Assembly (NCBI GenBank): GCA_043797665.1 | Contig: JAZDPL010000013.1 | Coordinates: 1-29,186 of the forward strand | Source of the DNA: Candidatus Omnitrophota bacterium | GTDB taxonomy: Bacteria; Ratteibacteria; UBA8468; MWAK01 | DNA length: 29,186 nt | Direction of reading: 5' to 3' | Part shown: positions 6,401 to 16,541 of the stretch, piece by piece | Layout of the letters: each line of letters begins with the position of its first letter | Numbering within the stretch: the stretch's first letter is position 1 | Position numbers and translations under genes: made by a program | Notes under the pieces: generated by a model | Told to the model about the DNA's origin: nothing | Database searches by the model: none | The model's input: only the letters and a program-made list of their open reading frames with translations

Positions 6401-8346
6401 CATAAGGACAATCTTTTCGTGACCGTGGGAAACCGGCTGACATCAGTATGGGGCAAAAAGAGCGAGGCGGTATATTCGCGCATAAAATCCGGGTCAACGC
6501 TCAGTTCAATATAGGCCATTTTTCTGGCAATCTCCCGGACCTTTGCCATGGCGTCATAGGAAAGAAGACCGAATCTGGCTCCGGTCAGGGAACTATTACC
6601 GATGAACTCAAACTTTTTCCGCGGCAGGTCCGGAAGCAGTCCAATCCAGACCGATTTCTCAATGTTCAAATAATTCCCAAACCCACCCGCTAAGTAGATT
6701 TTATTGATATCCTCCATCTTTACGTTCATCTTGATGGCTAAAATTTCCGCGGCGGTGTAAATGGCGCCTTTGGACCGGATAAGGTTGGTGATGTCGGTCT
6801 GGGTAATTACGATATCCTCCCGCCCTCCGCTCTCGCTTGCCCAAGCCAGAACAAACTCCGGACCTTCGGTGCCCATTCTGACCCGATTGGTCTTCAGTCC
6901 CTCTATAATCTTACCGGAACGTTCAATCACCTTTGCTTTAAAAAGTTCCGCTAAAGTATCCACGTAGCCGGAACCACAGATACCAACCGGTTTACACCGG
7001 CCGATTACGGAACATGTCACCTGGTAATTGTCCGGGTCTATCTCCACTCTCTGGATAGCACCTTCCATCGCCCTGACTCCGGAATGGACCCCGCTTCCCT
7101 CAAAGGCAGGCCCGGCCGAAGAGGAACAGCAGACCAACCACTCTTTATTTCCCAGAACAATCTCACCGTTGGTGCCGATATCTATTAACATGGTTAGATT
7201 CTCTGCTTCGTCTATCCCGCTGGCTAATATGCCCGCGGTAATGTCGCCTCCCACGTAGGTGGAGACACCGGGCAGACAAGCCAGCAGCCCCCTGGGGTTA
7301 ACCTTTATTCCTGCTTCGGCGGCCCGGATTACCGGCATAAAATTGGCGGTCGGCACATAGGGCTCACGGCGCAGATAAGCCGGGTCAACCCGGAGTAACA
7401 GGTGGAGCATCGTGGTATTGCCCGCCGCAGACACACCGGTAATCTCATTCAAACTGATTTCATTCTCCACCGCCAGGGCAAAGATGAGTTCGTTGACCGC
7501 ATCCACAACCGCATGGTGCAGTTTCTCCAGACCATCTTCCTTGCTGGCGTAGACCATCCGGGCGATTACGTCTTCACCGTATCCGGACTGCCGGTTATGG
7601 GTCGCCTTGGTACCCAGTACCTTATGAGTATTCAAATCGGCCAATTGGGCGACAATGGTGGTGGTACCGATATCCAGAGCGATACCAAAGTTCCGGGGGG
7701 AGGTATCACCGGGTTCAATCAAAACGATTTCGGTGGTGCCGTTCCGTTTACCTAAGAGAACGGTAACTTCCCAGTGGCTTTCCCGAAACAATCGCCCCAT
7801 CCTCCGGATGTTAGCCAGTCCGGTCTGAAGGATGGGTATTTTGCTGTGTTCTCTGAGTGCCCGGTAAAGACGTTCCAGGTCGCTGATATTATCTTTCAGG
7901 GTTGGGGAGGGGAGTTTCAGGAAGATTTTGGTGGCTAAAGGGGAGTGGCTGAAAATAGATCTCTCCTTGGGTTCCTTCCCTTTCTCAATGTCAACCGCCT
8001 TGCTGAAGACCCCGAATAACCGTTCCGCCTTTGATTCTTCGGTTAAAATCTGTTCCTTCTCCAGACGGGAAGCGGGTGGAATCTCTATCTCTACGTCCTC
8101 AACGACGGTGGCGCGACAGGCTAAAACATACCCCGCTTCAATCTCTTCCTTGGTCAGCCGGCCGGTAGGTTCGGAGACGACCCGGCCGCTCTTCACGATT
8201 ACCTTGCACCGGCCGCAAACTCCTTCTCCGCCGCAGGAAGAGTTGATATATACTCCCGCGGCAATTCCCGCGCTCAGAATGTCGGTCCCTTTGGGAACCG
8301 TAATCTTCTTCCCGTCAGGCTGGAAGGTAACAATACCGGTATTCAT
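6400..8346 (-). CDS. acsV: Corrinoid reductive activator (RACo/AcsV; 2Fe-2S + ASKHA/DUF4445)
   Basis: N-terminal CGGEGVCGRC...LAC ferredoxin; DIGTTT, DIGTNGE, SSAGPAFEG, GICGSG, AGGFG motifs; located in the acs cluster. Confidence 0.9.
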   Translation of the reverse strand: MNTGIVTFQPDGKKITVPKGTDILSAGIAAGVYINSSCGGEGVCGRCKVIVKSGRVVSEPTGRLTKEEIEAGYVLACRATVVEDVEIEIPPASRLEKEQILTEESKAERLFGVFSKAVDIEKGKEPKERSIFSHSPLATKIFLKLPSPTLKDNISDLERLYRALREHSKIPILQTGLANIRRMGRLFRESHWEVTVLLGKRNGTTEIVLIEPGDTSPRNFGIALDIGTTTIVAQLADLNTHKVLGTKATHNRQSGYGEDVIARMVYASKEDGLEKLHHAVVDAVNELIFALAVENEISLNEITGVSAAGNTTMLHLLLRVDPAYLRREPYVPTANFMPVIRAAEAGIKVNPRGLLACLPGVSTYVGGDITAGILASGIDEAENLTMLIDIGTNGEIVLGNKEWLVCCSSSAGPAFEGSGVHSGVRAMEGAIQRVEIDPDNYQVTCSVIGRCKPVGICGSGYVDTLAELFKAKVIERSGKIIEGLKTNRVRMGTEGPEFVLAWASESGGREDIVITQTDITNLIRSKGAIYTAAEILAIKMNVKMEDINKIYLAGGFGNYLNIEKSVWIGLLPDLPRKKFEFIGNSSLTGARFGLLSYDAMAKVREIARKMAYIELSVDPDFMREYTASLFLPHTDVSRFPTVTKRLSL

Positions 8347-8370
8347 AGATTCTTCGTTCCCCCTTATTTA

Positions 8371-8435
8371 TGTCATTCCCGTACGTAGTAAACGGGAATC
8401 CACTGGATTCCTGCTTACTATCCGCAGGAATGACA
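8371..8435. repeat. Family C element (TGTCATTCCCG...GGGAATCCA / TGGATTCC...GGAATGACA); overlaps the DUF3786 3' end
   Basis: Terminal inverted repeat TGTCATTCC/GGAATGACA; similar to 11324-11400 and 28850-28881. Confidence 0.85.
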
Positions 8436-9047
8436 ACCTTGATTCTTAAGGGATTTTACGGTGTCTTCGCATACCACCACGACGTCTTCGGTAGTCAAAT
8501 AGTCGGAGATATTGGCATCAAAAAGGACCTTGCAGTCAGAAGGAAGTTCTTCGTCTCCCGGGTAAAGAAAAAATTGTATGGAAATCTTAGGGAAAACCGG
8601 AATGATTACCGAAATGTCGGTTCCACCTGCCATCTTTCCAGTAGGGGCTTGATTTATCAAGCCCGCGTTTTCGGGTCGGATGAATCCGACCCCTACGTCC
8701 AAGAGTTTTGGGTTGGAGGCGAACGTCTTGAGAAAGGGACGGTGGACCCGGGCTTCAAAGATCGGGTAGTAGAGGTTTCCGCCCGGTACCTCACGGAAGT
8801 CTATGGCTTTCCCGGAAAGCGGGGTGCCTTTACTCCGGGTCAGGTAATGAAGAATGATAATTTTTTCGCGGAGGGAGATTTCGTCTTGCCATGCTACCTC
8901 TGGAAGACGAATGGAATATTTGCGGTTCAGATAACACACCTGAACCTCTTCTCCAGTGAAGTCTGCACCGCTTCGGAAGGTAATACTGCTAAAGTCTGTC
9001 TTTTTAAAATCCGCAACCGCTATTTTCAGGGCCGGATTTAAATCCAT
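8418..9047 (-). CDS. DUF3786 family protein (acs-cluster associated)
   Basis: IIILHYL, FREVPGGNLYYPIF, FPKISI...GDEELPSDCKVLFDANISDYLTTED; typical position between acsE and acsV. Confidence 0.8.
   Translation of the reverse strand: MDLNPALKIAVADFKKTDFSSITFRSGADFTGEEVQVCYLNRKYSIRLPEVAWQDEISLREKIIILHYLTRSKGTPLSGKAIDFREVPGGNLYYPIFEARVHRPFLKTFASNPKLLDVGVGFIRPENAGLINQAPTGKMAGGTDISVIIPVFPKISIQFFLYPGDEELPSDCKVLFDANISDYLTTEDVVVVCEDTVKSLKNQGCHSCG
8641..8696. repeat. Family A element in-frame in DUF3786 (encodes [19 protein letters not shown])
   Basis: GTAGGGGCTTGATTTATCAAGCCCGCGTTTTCGGGTCGGATGAATCCGACCCCTAC. Confidence 0.9.
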
Positions 9048-9928
9048 TACAGTTTAAGCCAGGAGTGAGAATAGAGGGAATGACCCAAAAGAACCTTGGT
9101 GGTCTTTACATATTCAATCTCTTCCTGAGTTAATTTGCTCATATCCGGTTCTACTCCCTCCATCACCCCCCGGATGAGTTTCTTCACGCCTTCGCCTGCG
9201 CTCTTCCTGGCAAGCAGAACCAGTTCTTTTTCAAAAGCGTTCACGATGGCGGAGTTCATTCCGTACTTCTCCAGCATCACTAAGTAAGTGCGGTTGAGGA
9301 GCGGACGCAGCTCTTCCGGAGTGCCGTTGGAGACGTTGGAAAGTCCGCAGGCGGCATTACAGCCCGGCGCCAGTTCCCGGAACATCTCCATAAACTCGGT
9401 ACAGCCTTTAACCTGAGCCTGCTGGGAAGAGACCGGCAGAACAATCGGGTCCAGCCAGATGTCCTCATTTGGTATATTGTTCTCAGCGGCTTTTCCCAGA
9501 AGTTCCGCAGCCAGAACTCCCCGTTCTGCTCCGTCCCGGGGAATACCCTCAACACCCAGCAGCAGACCGACAAAACCTGCGTTATACTTTTTCACCAGGG
9601 GGAATAACGCCTCCATCCGCTCCGGCCGGCAGGAGATGGAGTTGATAACCGCCTTCCCTTGGTGAACCTTAAGCCCGGCTTCCAACGCGTCTACGTTGGT
9701 CGTATCCAGGAACAAAGGTACTTTCACTACCTCCTGGACGGTCTTGACCAGCCACTCCATAATTTCCGGACCGTTCTTCCGCGCCGGACCTAAATTGATG
9801 TCCAGGTAGTCCATTCCGGCTGACTCTTCCTGGACCGCCAATTCCTGAATCGGTCCGGCTTCTTTATTCTTAATCGCCGGGCCAATCTGTTTGGACATAA
9901 TGTTGAGATTTTCACCAACGAGAACCAT
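9047..9928 (-). CDS. acsE: Methyltetrahydrofolate:corrinoid Fe-S protein methyltransferase (pterin-binding)
   Basis: VGENLN, YLDINLG, PLFLDT, INSI, WLDP, GLSNVSNG, LNRTYL motifs; follows acsC. Confidence 0.88.
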   Translation of the reverse strand: MVLVGENLNIMSKQIGPAIKNKEAGPIQELAVQEESAGMDYLDINLGPARKNGPEIMEWLVKTVQEVVKVPLFLDTTNVDALEAGLKVHQGKAVINSISCRPERMEALFPLVKKYNAGFVGLLLGVEGIPRDGAERGVLAAELLGKAAENNIPNEDIWLDPIVLPVSSQQAQVKGCTEFMEMFRELAPGCNAACGLSNVSNGTPEELRPLLNRTYLVMLEKYGMNSAIVNAFEKELVLLARKSAGEGVKKLIRGVMEGVEPDMSKLTQEEIEYVKTTKVLLGHSLYSHSWLKL

Positions 9929-9941
9929 CTTCCTCCTTACA

Positions 9942-11285
9942 CTAATGTGTCATCTTTAAGAAAGCCGGGATGTGGGCTGATTCCCTGGGACCAACCATTA
10001 TCTCCCAGCCGGGCAACTCTTCTTCCAGTTCCCCTGAAATCTGCGCTACGTAACCCGGAATAATCAGTTTCTTATGCTTAACCTTATCCATAATTCCGCT
10101 CTTCTTGATAAAGGGTGCGATGGTCTGCGCCACAAATTTATCCGCGGCCCAGGCGGTCAGAACCGAAAGCCCTTCCGCGTCCTGAACCAGGACCCAGGCG
10201 GGAATCCGGCTGGTTTCCACCTCGCCGGAGACCATAAAGTAGGTAAGCGCAAAGTTGGTGGTAACCAGAATCGGCGAATTTTCATCCGGCTTGTTGATTT
10301 CGTAAATTCCTTCTTTGACCGCCATCGGCCGCTGAGGGTCGGTGTAGATATTCATCTTCTCTAAAAGAAGCGGAAAGAGCGTCTCACCCTTAATTTCGGA
10401 AAGGACAATGATTCCCGCATATTTGGCAATCGCCACACAAGCGATGACTGCTTCTTCCATCGGGTCTTTGGCCATCTGGCAGGGGAAGACGATGGTGGGG
10501 AAACCTAAGGGCCGGAACTTTTTGAGGAGAGCGGCCCGGCGGATTACCACCTGGTCCTGGAGCATCCGGGACAAGGTCCTGGCACCAGAATCAAGGACTA
10601 AGTCTTTGACCCCTTTTTCCTGTATCTTATTCACCCGGTCAATGACCTCATCCAGAGTCTCACCGGAAACCGCCAGGGAACAGGCATTTTCTTTCGCCAA
10701 AAGCGCCATGCTCTCCCAGTTTTCCTTGTTTGCGGAATAGATAAGCGGCTTGTCCTCTTTACATACCGCCAGAGCCGGTCCTAATATTTGGGGATTATTA
10801 CTCATCAGGACCAGTCCGGTTTTCGTTTTCTCTTTAACCTTCTTTACGACCGCGGTAAATTTTTCCGCATTCCCGGATTCTTCCTTAACCGCAATTAGGT
10901 CTGCTTTCAGGAGAAGGCCTACCCGGTCGTACTGAAATTTATTGACCGAGGCTAATTTTTTGTCGATTACCTCATTACTTTCCGTATCTTTAATCAGCAG
11001 GGTGAGCGCCGGCGGATTGATAAAGGTCTTTTCGTGCCGGAAAAGGACCGTCTCACCGCCAACCTTAAAAGCGCTGTCGCCGGTTCCGATAGTAACGGTG
11101 CGAATCGGCGGTGCTGAGGCTTCCGCTAATTCCGCCTTGACCTCCTCACTCACGTAAGGACAGGCGCTCAGTTCCGCCTTGCCGGCCGCTAAACTCATGG
11201 CAAAAGCCAGGCAGGTGGGAACTCCGCATTCTCCGCAGTTCTTTTTGGGCAACTTTTTGTAGATTTCAATTCCGCTCAGTCCCAT
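9942..11285 (-). CDS. acsC: Corrinoid iron-sulfur protein large (gamma) subunit
   Basis: LPKKNCGECGVPTCLAFA...CP; GGETVLFRHEK; IYTDPQRP; TTNFALTYF; GLSVLTAWAA. Confidence 0.95.
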   Translation of the reverse strand: MGLSGIEIYKKLPKKNCGECGVPTCLAFAMSLAAGKAELSACPYVSEEVKAELAEASAPPIRTVTIGTGDSAFKVGGETVLFRHEKTFINPPALTLLIKDTESNEVIDKKLASVNKFQYDRVGLLLKADLIAVKEESGNAEKFTAVVKKVKEKTKTGLVLMSNNPQILGPALAVCKEDKPLIYSANKENWESMALLAKENACSLAVSGETLDEVIDRVNKIQEKGVKDLVLDSGARTLSRMLQDQVVIRRAALLKKFRPLGFPTIVFPCQMAKDPMEEAVIACVAIAKYAGIIVLSEIKGETLFPLLLEKMNIYTDPQRPMAVKEGIYEINKPDENSPILVTTNFALTYFMVSGEVETSRIPAWVLVQDAEGLSVLTAWAADKFVAQTIAPFIKKSGIMDKVKHKKLIIPGYVAQISGELEEELPGWEIMVGPRESAHIPAFLKMTH

Positions 11286-11323
11286 TTTAACTCCTCTATT
11301 CTGTTTTGCGCCTACCGTTAATA

Positions 11324-11400
11324 TGTCATTCCCGCATGCCTTAAGCGGGAATCCAATAAATCAACCAATGGATTCCGGCTTACTATCCGCCGGAATGACA
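11324..11400. repeat. Family C element, intergenic (acsB-acsC)
   Basis: TGTCATTCCCGCATGCCTTAAGCGGGAATCCA-N13-TGGATTCCGGCTTACTATCCGCCGGAATGACA. Confidence 0.9.
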
Positions 11401-11425
11401 ATTTATTTGAAACATGTTGTATTAG

Positions 11426-13633
11426 TTACCCCAACAGCGATTCCATGTTCAGGGCGGGGTGGTTCTTCTCCTGAAGGAACGGAAGGATTTCTTCTTCGGT
11501 GGTTCCGACCGTTTCGTCCGCAACCAGAGATACAAAATTGGGAACACCAATCTCTTCCGCCCGGATTTGCAGCCTTTTGGCAATCTCTTCTTTCAACATT
11601 TTGGGCATCCAGACGATTCTCTGGAATCCTCCGTCGCCGGAGATGAACTTACGCTGGCAGACGTTATATCTTGAGTGACCCACGAATCCCGAGGTGGAAA
11701 GACCGCCGCCGATGGTACCGGCCAGGGTGGTAAATTTCATCCCGCAGGGGGTCATACCCTGGTACTCCCGGTTAACAATCATCACGCCGTTGCAGAGCGG
11801 TAAGACCACGCAGATACACTCACAACAACCACAGGTGGTCATCGGGTCATGGACCACGCTGTAAAAATTGTAGTGGTCAATCTTCTGCCGGGAAGCCTGG
11901 TAGACAAAGTCGTTGACACCTTTCCACTGGCCGAACTTGGGGTCAATCACCTCACCCTTTTTAACCGGCTGGTTGGGACCGGTGGGGTTAATCTCATAGG
12001 AGGCTTTGCAGTCCATCCAGTTATAGGCACCGCACAGGCCGGTCCGTTCCGGACTGACCATGCAGACATGCTGGGGCGCAAAACTCTGGCACAGGGTGCA
12101 GGAGTAGTAGGTATCTACGGATTCGTCGGTCATCCCTTCAATCCGGTTGTCCCGTTCCGCATAGACCGTTTTGGCTGAATTGAGAATCTCTTTGACTTTC
12201 GCCTCTTCGGTATAGAGCCTTACCTGAACTTTGTCGAATATCTTCCCGAAGTCGCTGTGGTACTTGGCGTGGATGATAGAACCCAGATGGGAAAGCCGGA
12301 ACCCTTTTTCAAAAGCGGACTTACTGATACGGATCCAGGCGGTATCGCGCTGCCCGATGTGCATTACGCCCTGGGCGTAATTGATAAGGTGGTGAATCTG
12401 CCTCTCCAGGATAGGTTCAAAATCCTTCTGCATCTTCCGGCCGGCCACTTCCGCCACAATGGCAAGGTGCCCTTGAGAACCGGCAGCCATCTTATCCAAA
12501 TCCGGACCGATTACCTCTACCTTTCCGTCTTCCACATCTTCCATCGGCTTTGAGGTGGTCCACTCGCAGACCGCATTTACTCCGCCCCGGAACTCGGCAT
12601 ACAGGTCCTCTTTCCGGACCCGTTCGCCTTCAAAGGCGGCACCGTAAGGAACCGGTATCGGAACCTTGGTTACGGTTATCTTCAAACCTCTCACTTCAAT
12701 CGCCCGGGAAATAATCTGGTCGTGCGGAACGTTGGAGACCACGTGCTCGTAAGTACAAATTCCGGTGGGCAGAATCTGGGGGATGTCGGAATCAGCAATG
12801 ATGGGGAATCCGTAATTGACCGCGCCCAATGCGTTGGCGTACCACTCTTCCGTTACTTCCCCTAAAGGAATGGCAAAAGCAAAAATCCGCTCTTTATTAT
12901 AAAGTAATAGTTTCTTATAATCGCCCGGCTTTACGCCGCCAAAAGCCAGGGCGGCCCGGGTGGCAAACCCGGCCGCAAAAATGGCGGCGCTGACGTCCGG
13001 ACCAAAGGGCACTAACCGGGTGGGCCAGCCCACCTGGATGCCGGCAGAGGTCAACTGCTCCGCAAACTTCTTGCCACCTGATTCCGCGGCCATAAAGACG
13101 TAAAGGTTCTTCTCCTGCAATTCCTGCACCATTTTTACCGCAATCTCTTTACTGGGAGCCGCACCTAAAATCGCCGCAAAACCCGGCGCACTGCCGTCGA
13201 CGAATTCAATGCCGCGTTTGCGCAGGGTAATATCGTCGGCCGCACCCAACCAGATATTGCCTTCCAGCGGCTCTTCCTGGTTGGCGTAAAACCCGGGGTC
13301 TTCCAGGTACCGGATTGCCTCAATAATCTCTTCCGCAAAGAAGGTTGCCATGCCGGCGTCCAGAGCCGGCGCCAGATAGGGCAGCCAGTGTTTTTCCTCA
13401 ACGAAAGGAGGCAGTAATTCCGTACATCTCTGCAAAACCGGTTCCATATCCCCCAGCGTCTTCACCGGAATTCCCAGAATCCCGTAGATTACCGGCAGGT
13501 AGTAGCCGGTGTTGGGGAACCCTACCTCCTGCTTGACACCGAATTTGTCAATTGCTCCCTGCCACTTCTCTTTTGCCCGGTTTACTATCTTATGGGCACC
13601 GCGTATCCCTGCAGAACAGATAATCCTGGACAT
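11426..13633 (-). CDS. acsB: Acetyl-CoA synthase (bacterial type)
   Basis: FPNTGYYLP; DFEPILER; YSCTLCQSFAPQHVC...CGA; PMTTCGCCEC; RIVWMPK. Confidence 0.95.
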   Translation of the reverse strand: MSRIICSAGIRGAHKIVNRAKEKWQGAIDKFGVKQEVGFPNTGYYLPVIYGILGIPVKTLGDMEPVLQRCTELLPPFVEEKHWLPYLAPALDAGMATFFAEEIIEAIRYLEDPGFYANQEEPLEGNIWLGAADDITLRKRGIEFVDGSAPGFAAILGAAPSKEIAVKMVQELQEKNLYVFMAAESGGKKFAEQLTSAGIQVGWPTRLVPFGPDVSAAIFAAGFATRAALAFGGVKPGDYKKLLLYNKERIFAFAIPLGEVTEEWYANALGAVNYGFPIIADSDIPQILPTGICTYEHVVSNVPHDQIISRAIEVRGLKITVTKVPIPVPYGAAFEGERVRKEDLYAEFRGGVNAVCEWTTSKPMEDVEDGKVEVIGPDLDKMAAGSQGHLAIVAEVAGRKMQKDFEPILERQIHHLINYAQGVMHIGQRDTAWIRISKSAFEKGFRLSHLGSIIHAKYHSDFGKIFDKVQVRLYTEEAKVKEILNSAKTVYAERDNRIEGMTDESVDTYYSCTLCQSFAPQHVCMVSPERTGLCGAYNWMDCKASYEINPTGPNQPVKKGEVIDPKFGQWKGVNDFVYQASRQKIDHYNFYSVVHDPMTTCGCCECICVVLPLCNGVMIVNREYQGMTPCGMKFTTLAGTIGGGLSTSGFVGHSRYNVCQRKFISGDGGFQRIVWMPKMLKEEIAKRLQIRAEEIGVPNFVSLVADETVGTTEEEILPFLQEKNHPALNMESLLG

Positions 13634-13677
13634 ATTTTCTTCCCCCTCACTTAATACAAATGCAATAAATCCTTCAT

Positions 13678-13762
13678 GTAGGGGTCGGATTCATCCGACC
13701 CGAAAGAATGCGGGCTTGATAAACTTGTCCCTGTATGCATTAGACAGGGATCAAGCCCCTAC
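13678..13762. repeat. Family A element with a nested 27-nt family F insert (13724-13750); supplies the cooS C-terminal VGA and stop
   Basis: GTAGGGGTCGGATTCATCCGACCCGAAAGAATGCGGGCTTGATAAA[CTTGTCCCTGTATGCATTAGACAGGGA]TCAAGCCCCTAC. Confidence 0.9.
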
Positions 13763-15679
13763 TAATTCCCGGCGCTTTGCCATATCAAAGAGAACTCTTT
13801 CCCGCGCCTTGTCTATTCCCAGAGCCTTGCGCTTTTTGTCAATGTGGTCAATCATCAAATGGGCTGCTTTTACCGGGTCCGGCTCAAAAGCCCATTTGCC
13901 CTTGAAGGTCTCTTCAAAACCCTCAAACAAAAGTTTGGTCAGTTCCTCACTCCCGAAGGTGGGCCAGGTCGCCCCGAATACGGTAAAGACTCCGGAAGCC
14001 ACAAAGTACTGGCCGATGGCAATCGCCTTTTCGCTCATCCACTCCGGAGCGGCACCCGCGGCGGGTAAATCGGAAATATCTTCGCCCAGACCGCCTTCTT
14101 TAATTACTTCTACGGCGGCTAAAAGAATCCGGGAGTTGTCCACGCAGGAACCCAGGTGCAAAACCGGCGGAATACCAACCGTTTCACAGACTTCAGCCAG
14201 TCCGGCACCCGCGTACTGTTTAGCTGCCTCCGGTAAGAGAAGCCCGGCTTTGGCACAGGCGATGGCTGAACATCCGGTCTGCAAAACGATGACGTCGTTT
14301 TTAATTAATTCCTTTACCATAGCCAGGTGGTTTTCGTCCTGGGTCACCTTGGGGTTGTTGCAGCCAACCACCCCGGCCACTCCGCGAATTCTGCCGTTGA
14401 TGATGTTTTCATTTAACGGTTTGAAAGAACCCCGGAAAGTACCGCCCAGAAGATAGTTAACCGTCTCTACGGAGAATCCCGCAATGAGGTCCATCTTCTC
14501 TTCTACTTTGTGGATATTTTTGGTTCTCTTCGGGAAGTTCTCCACCGCTTTCCGGACAATTTCTTTGGCTGACTTCAGGGCGTTATGTTCGTCCATCTGA
14601 ATATGGACCGCGCCGGGAATTTTGGCTTTCGGAGAGGTGGTTACGATGAGAGAATGGGTACATTCAGCAACCACCGGCAGAGACTGCATTATGCACTGGA
14701 CGTCCACCACCATCACCTCTACCAAACCGGTCAAAAGAGCCAGTTCCTGGTGGAGGATATTACCCGCGATGGGAATTCCGTGGCGCATCAGAATTTCGTT
14801 GGCGGTACAGCAGATTCCCGCGAGGTTGATGCCCTTAGCGCCTTTTGCCTTGGCCAGTTCCAGCATCTCTTTATCCGAGGCAGCCACCACAATCATCTCC
14901 GAAAGGAGCGGCTCATGTCCGTGGACTATTATGTTGACCTCGTCTTCTTTCAGGACGCCCAGGTTCACCTGACCGCGTATTGGAACCGGCGTGCCGAAAA
15001 GAATATCCTGCAGTTGGGTGGCAATCATGGAGCCGCCCCAGCCGTCGCCCAGGGCACAGCGGGTTCCCTGGAGTAAAAGGTTCCGGTAGTCCTGGTCCAC
15101 CCCCATTGTGGTACGGTGCATCGTCTCGGTAATTTCCCGGTCAATGCCCCGGGGCACCACACCCAATTTGCGCCAGATTTCCTGTCGTTTTACCGGCGCT
15201 TTTTTGATAAATTGCAGTTCGCCTTCCTGCTGACCGAACTGTGCCAGGGCTTTTTCACCAACAGCCTTCGCGATTTCTTCCCTGGTCTTTCCTTCGGTAA
15301 CGACCTCAAAATCTTGCGCCACATTCATTAATTTCTTTTCGTCCTTAATCCGGTAGCCGGGTGCCTGTCCGTTGGCGACCGCCAAAAAGATTTCCGCAAC
15401 CGCCCGGCCGTGGTCAGAATGGGCGGCCGCGCCGGCCGCAATCATCCGCAGGAAGTTCCGGGCCGCTATGGTATCTGCGGTCGCGCCGCAGACGCCCCGG
15501 TCCGCTCCCTCACCGAACGGGTCGATGCGGCAGGGACCCATCGCGCAGTTCTTGCAGCAGATGCCCAACTTGCCGAATCCGCACTGGGGAATCTGCTTCT
15601 CTAACCGGTCCCAGACAGTCTCAACTTTGGTTCCAACTTCTTTCAGTAACGATTGTACCGCTTTATCAATGCTTTTCAT
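13751..15679 (-). CDS. cooS: Anaerobic Ni,Fe carbon monoxide dehydrogenase catalytic subunit
   Basis: QCGFG..GICCKNCAMGPC, CGA, AAHSDH, HGHEP, GICCT, DVQC, GCNN, TGC, GSCVDN, WMSEKA: cluster-ligand motifs appear intact. Confidence 0.96.
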   Translation of the reverse strand: MKSIDKAVQSLLKEVGTKVETVWDRLEKQIPQCGFGKLGICCKNCAMGPCRIDPFGEGADRGVCGATADTIAARNFLRMIAAGAAAHSDHGRAVAEIFLAVANGQAPGYRIKDEKKLMNVAQDFEVVTEGKTREEIAKAVGEKALAQFGQQEGELQFIKKAPVKRQEIWRKLGVVPRGIDREITETMHRTTMGVDQDYRNLLLQGTRCALGDGWGGSMIATQLQDILFGTPVPIRGQVNLGVLKEDEVNIIVHGHEPLLSEMIVVAASDKEMLELAKAKGAKGINLAGICCTANEILMRHGIPIAGNILHQELALLTGLVEVMVVDVQCIMQSLPVVAECTHSLIVTTSPKAKIPGAVHIQMDEHNALKSAKEIVRKAVENFPKRTKNIHKVEEKMDLIAGFSVETVNYLLGGTFRGSFKPLNENIINGRIRGVAGVVGCNNPKVTQDENHLAMVKELIKNDVIVLQTGCSAIACAKAGLLLPEAAKQYAGAGLAEVCETVGIPPVLHLGSCVDNSRILLAAVEVIKEGGLGEDISDLPAAGAAPEWMSEKAIAIGQYFVASGVFTVFGATWPTFGSEELTKLLFEGFEETFKGKWAFEPDPVKAAHLMIDHIDKKRKALGIDKARERVLFDMAKRRELVGA

Positions 15680-15698
15680 CGTTCTACCCCTTGTTTTG

Positions 15699-15759
15699 TG
15701 TCATTCTGAACGAAGTGAAGAATCTCTTTCTGAGACCCTTCGTTCCACTCAGGGTGACA
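15699..15759. repeat. Family B element (TGTCATTCTGA...GAAGAATCT / AGA...TCAG..TGACA)
   Basis: Right arm AGACCCTTCGTTCCACTCAGGGTGACA is identical to that of 27491-27551. Confidence 0.9.
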
Positions 15760-15776
15760 CCCTAATGGGTGTCATT

Positions 15777-16541
15777 TTATTCCTTTCTTGGTAGACCATG
15801 CGAAATCATCAATTCTTCCGCATATCTCTTCCTCTTACACCGGGAACAAGTTTCAAATATCTCTTTCGGCAAGTCAATCTTCTTCTTTAAATATTCAATC
15901 TGGGCTTCAGTACCCACTGTTTCTCCACACAGTTTGCATCTCCTTAAAGAAAGGTTGGTATGCCAACGTTCTAATCTCCTCTCACGCTCAATATCTTCAG
16001 ACTTCACCGCTCCGGTAGGACAGACAAAAACGCACGCTCCACAACCGATGCAGACCTCTGAATTAATAGAGTAGGGAGTATCTACTTCTTCTTCAACTCC
16101 CCTGTTTACAAGGTCAATCGCACCCACACCAATTATCTCTTCGCAGACCCTCACACAGAGTCCGCACAGGATACAATCTTTATCTTCTTTGGGAAACCTT
16201 TTTCCAGTTATTCCCATCTCCCGGGCAAGGTCTTTTATGACCTCAACCCCGGGACACCGGGCTAAAAGAAATTCTACAATCAACCGGCGTGTTTTCAAAA
16301 TCCTTTCGGTATCCGTCCTGATTTCTATTGTCCTTCTAATGGGGTAATTGCAAGCGGTAACCACTCTTGTCCTCTTTCCTTCGGTAACCTCTACGCTACA
16401 GAGCCGGCAGGAACCAAAAGGAGTAAGTGCTTTGTGGTAGCAGAGAGTTGGGATTTTAATGCCCATCTTTTCTGCCTGCTCCAGGACCGTGATTCCTTCT
16501 GCTGATTTTGCCTTTACTCCGTTAATTGTAATCTCTACCAT
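15777..16541 (-). CDS. NuoG/HydA N-terminal-like Fe-S protein (2Fe-2S + 2x4Fe-4S), no H-cluster or molybdopterin domain
   Basis: IPTLC...GSCRLC...TAC; CILCGLCVRVC; CIGCGACVFVCP; C-terminal CKLC...CSRC; only 254 aa. Confidence 0.88.
   Translation of the reverse strand: MVEITINGVKAKSAEGITVLEQAEKMGIKIPTLCYHKALTPFGSCRLCSVEVTEGKRTRVVTACNYPIRRTIEIRTDTERILKTRRLIVEFLLARCPGVEVIKDLAREMGITGKRFPKEDKDCILCGLCVRVCEEIIGVGAIDLVNRGVEEEVDTPYSINSEVCIGCGACVFVCPTGAVKSEDIERERRLERWHTNLSLRRCKLCGETVGTEAQIEYLKKKIDLPKEIFETCSRCKRKRYAEELMISHGLPRKE

Noticed and set aside
13509..14456. 315-aa plus-strand ORF and the many other short antisense/overlapping ORFs
   Set aside because: They shadow well-conserved genes on the opposite strand or frame and show no recognisable motifs.
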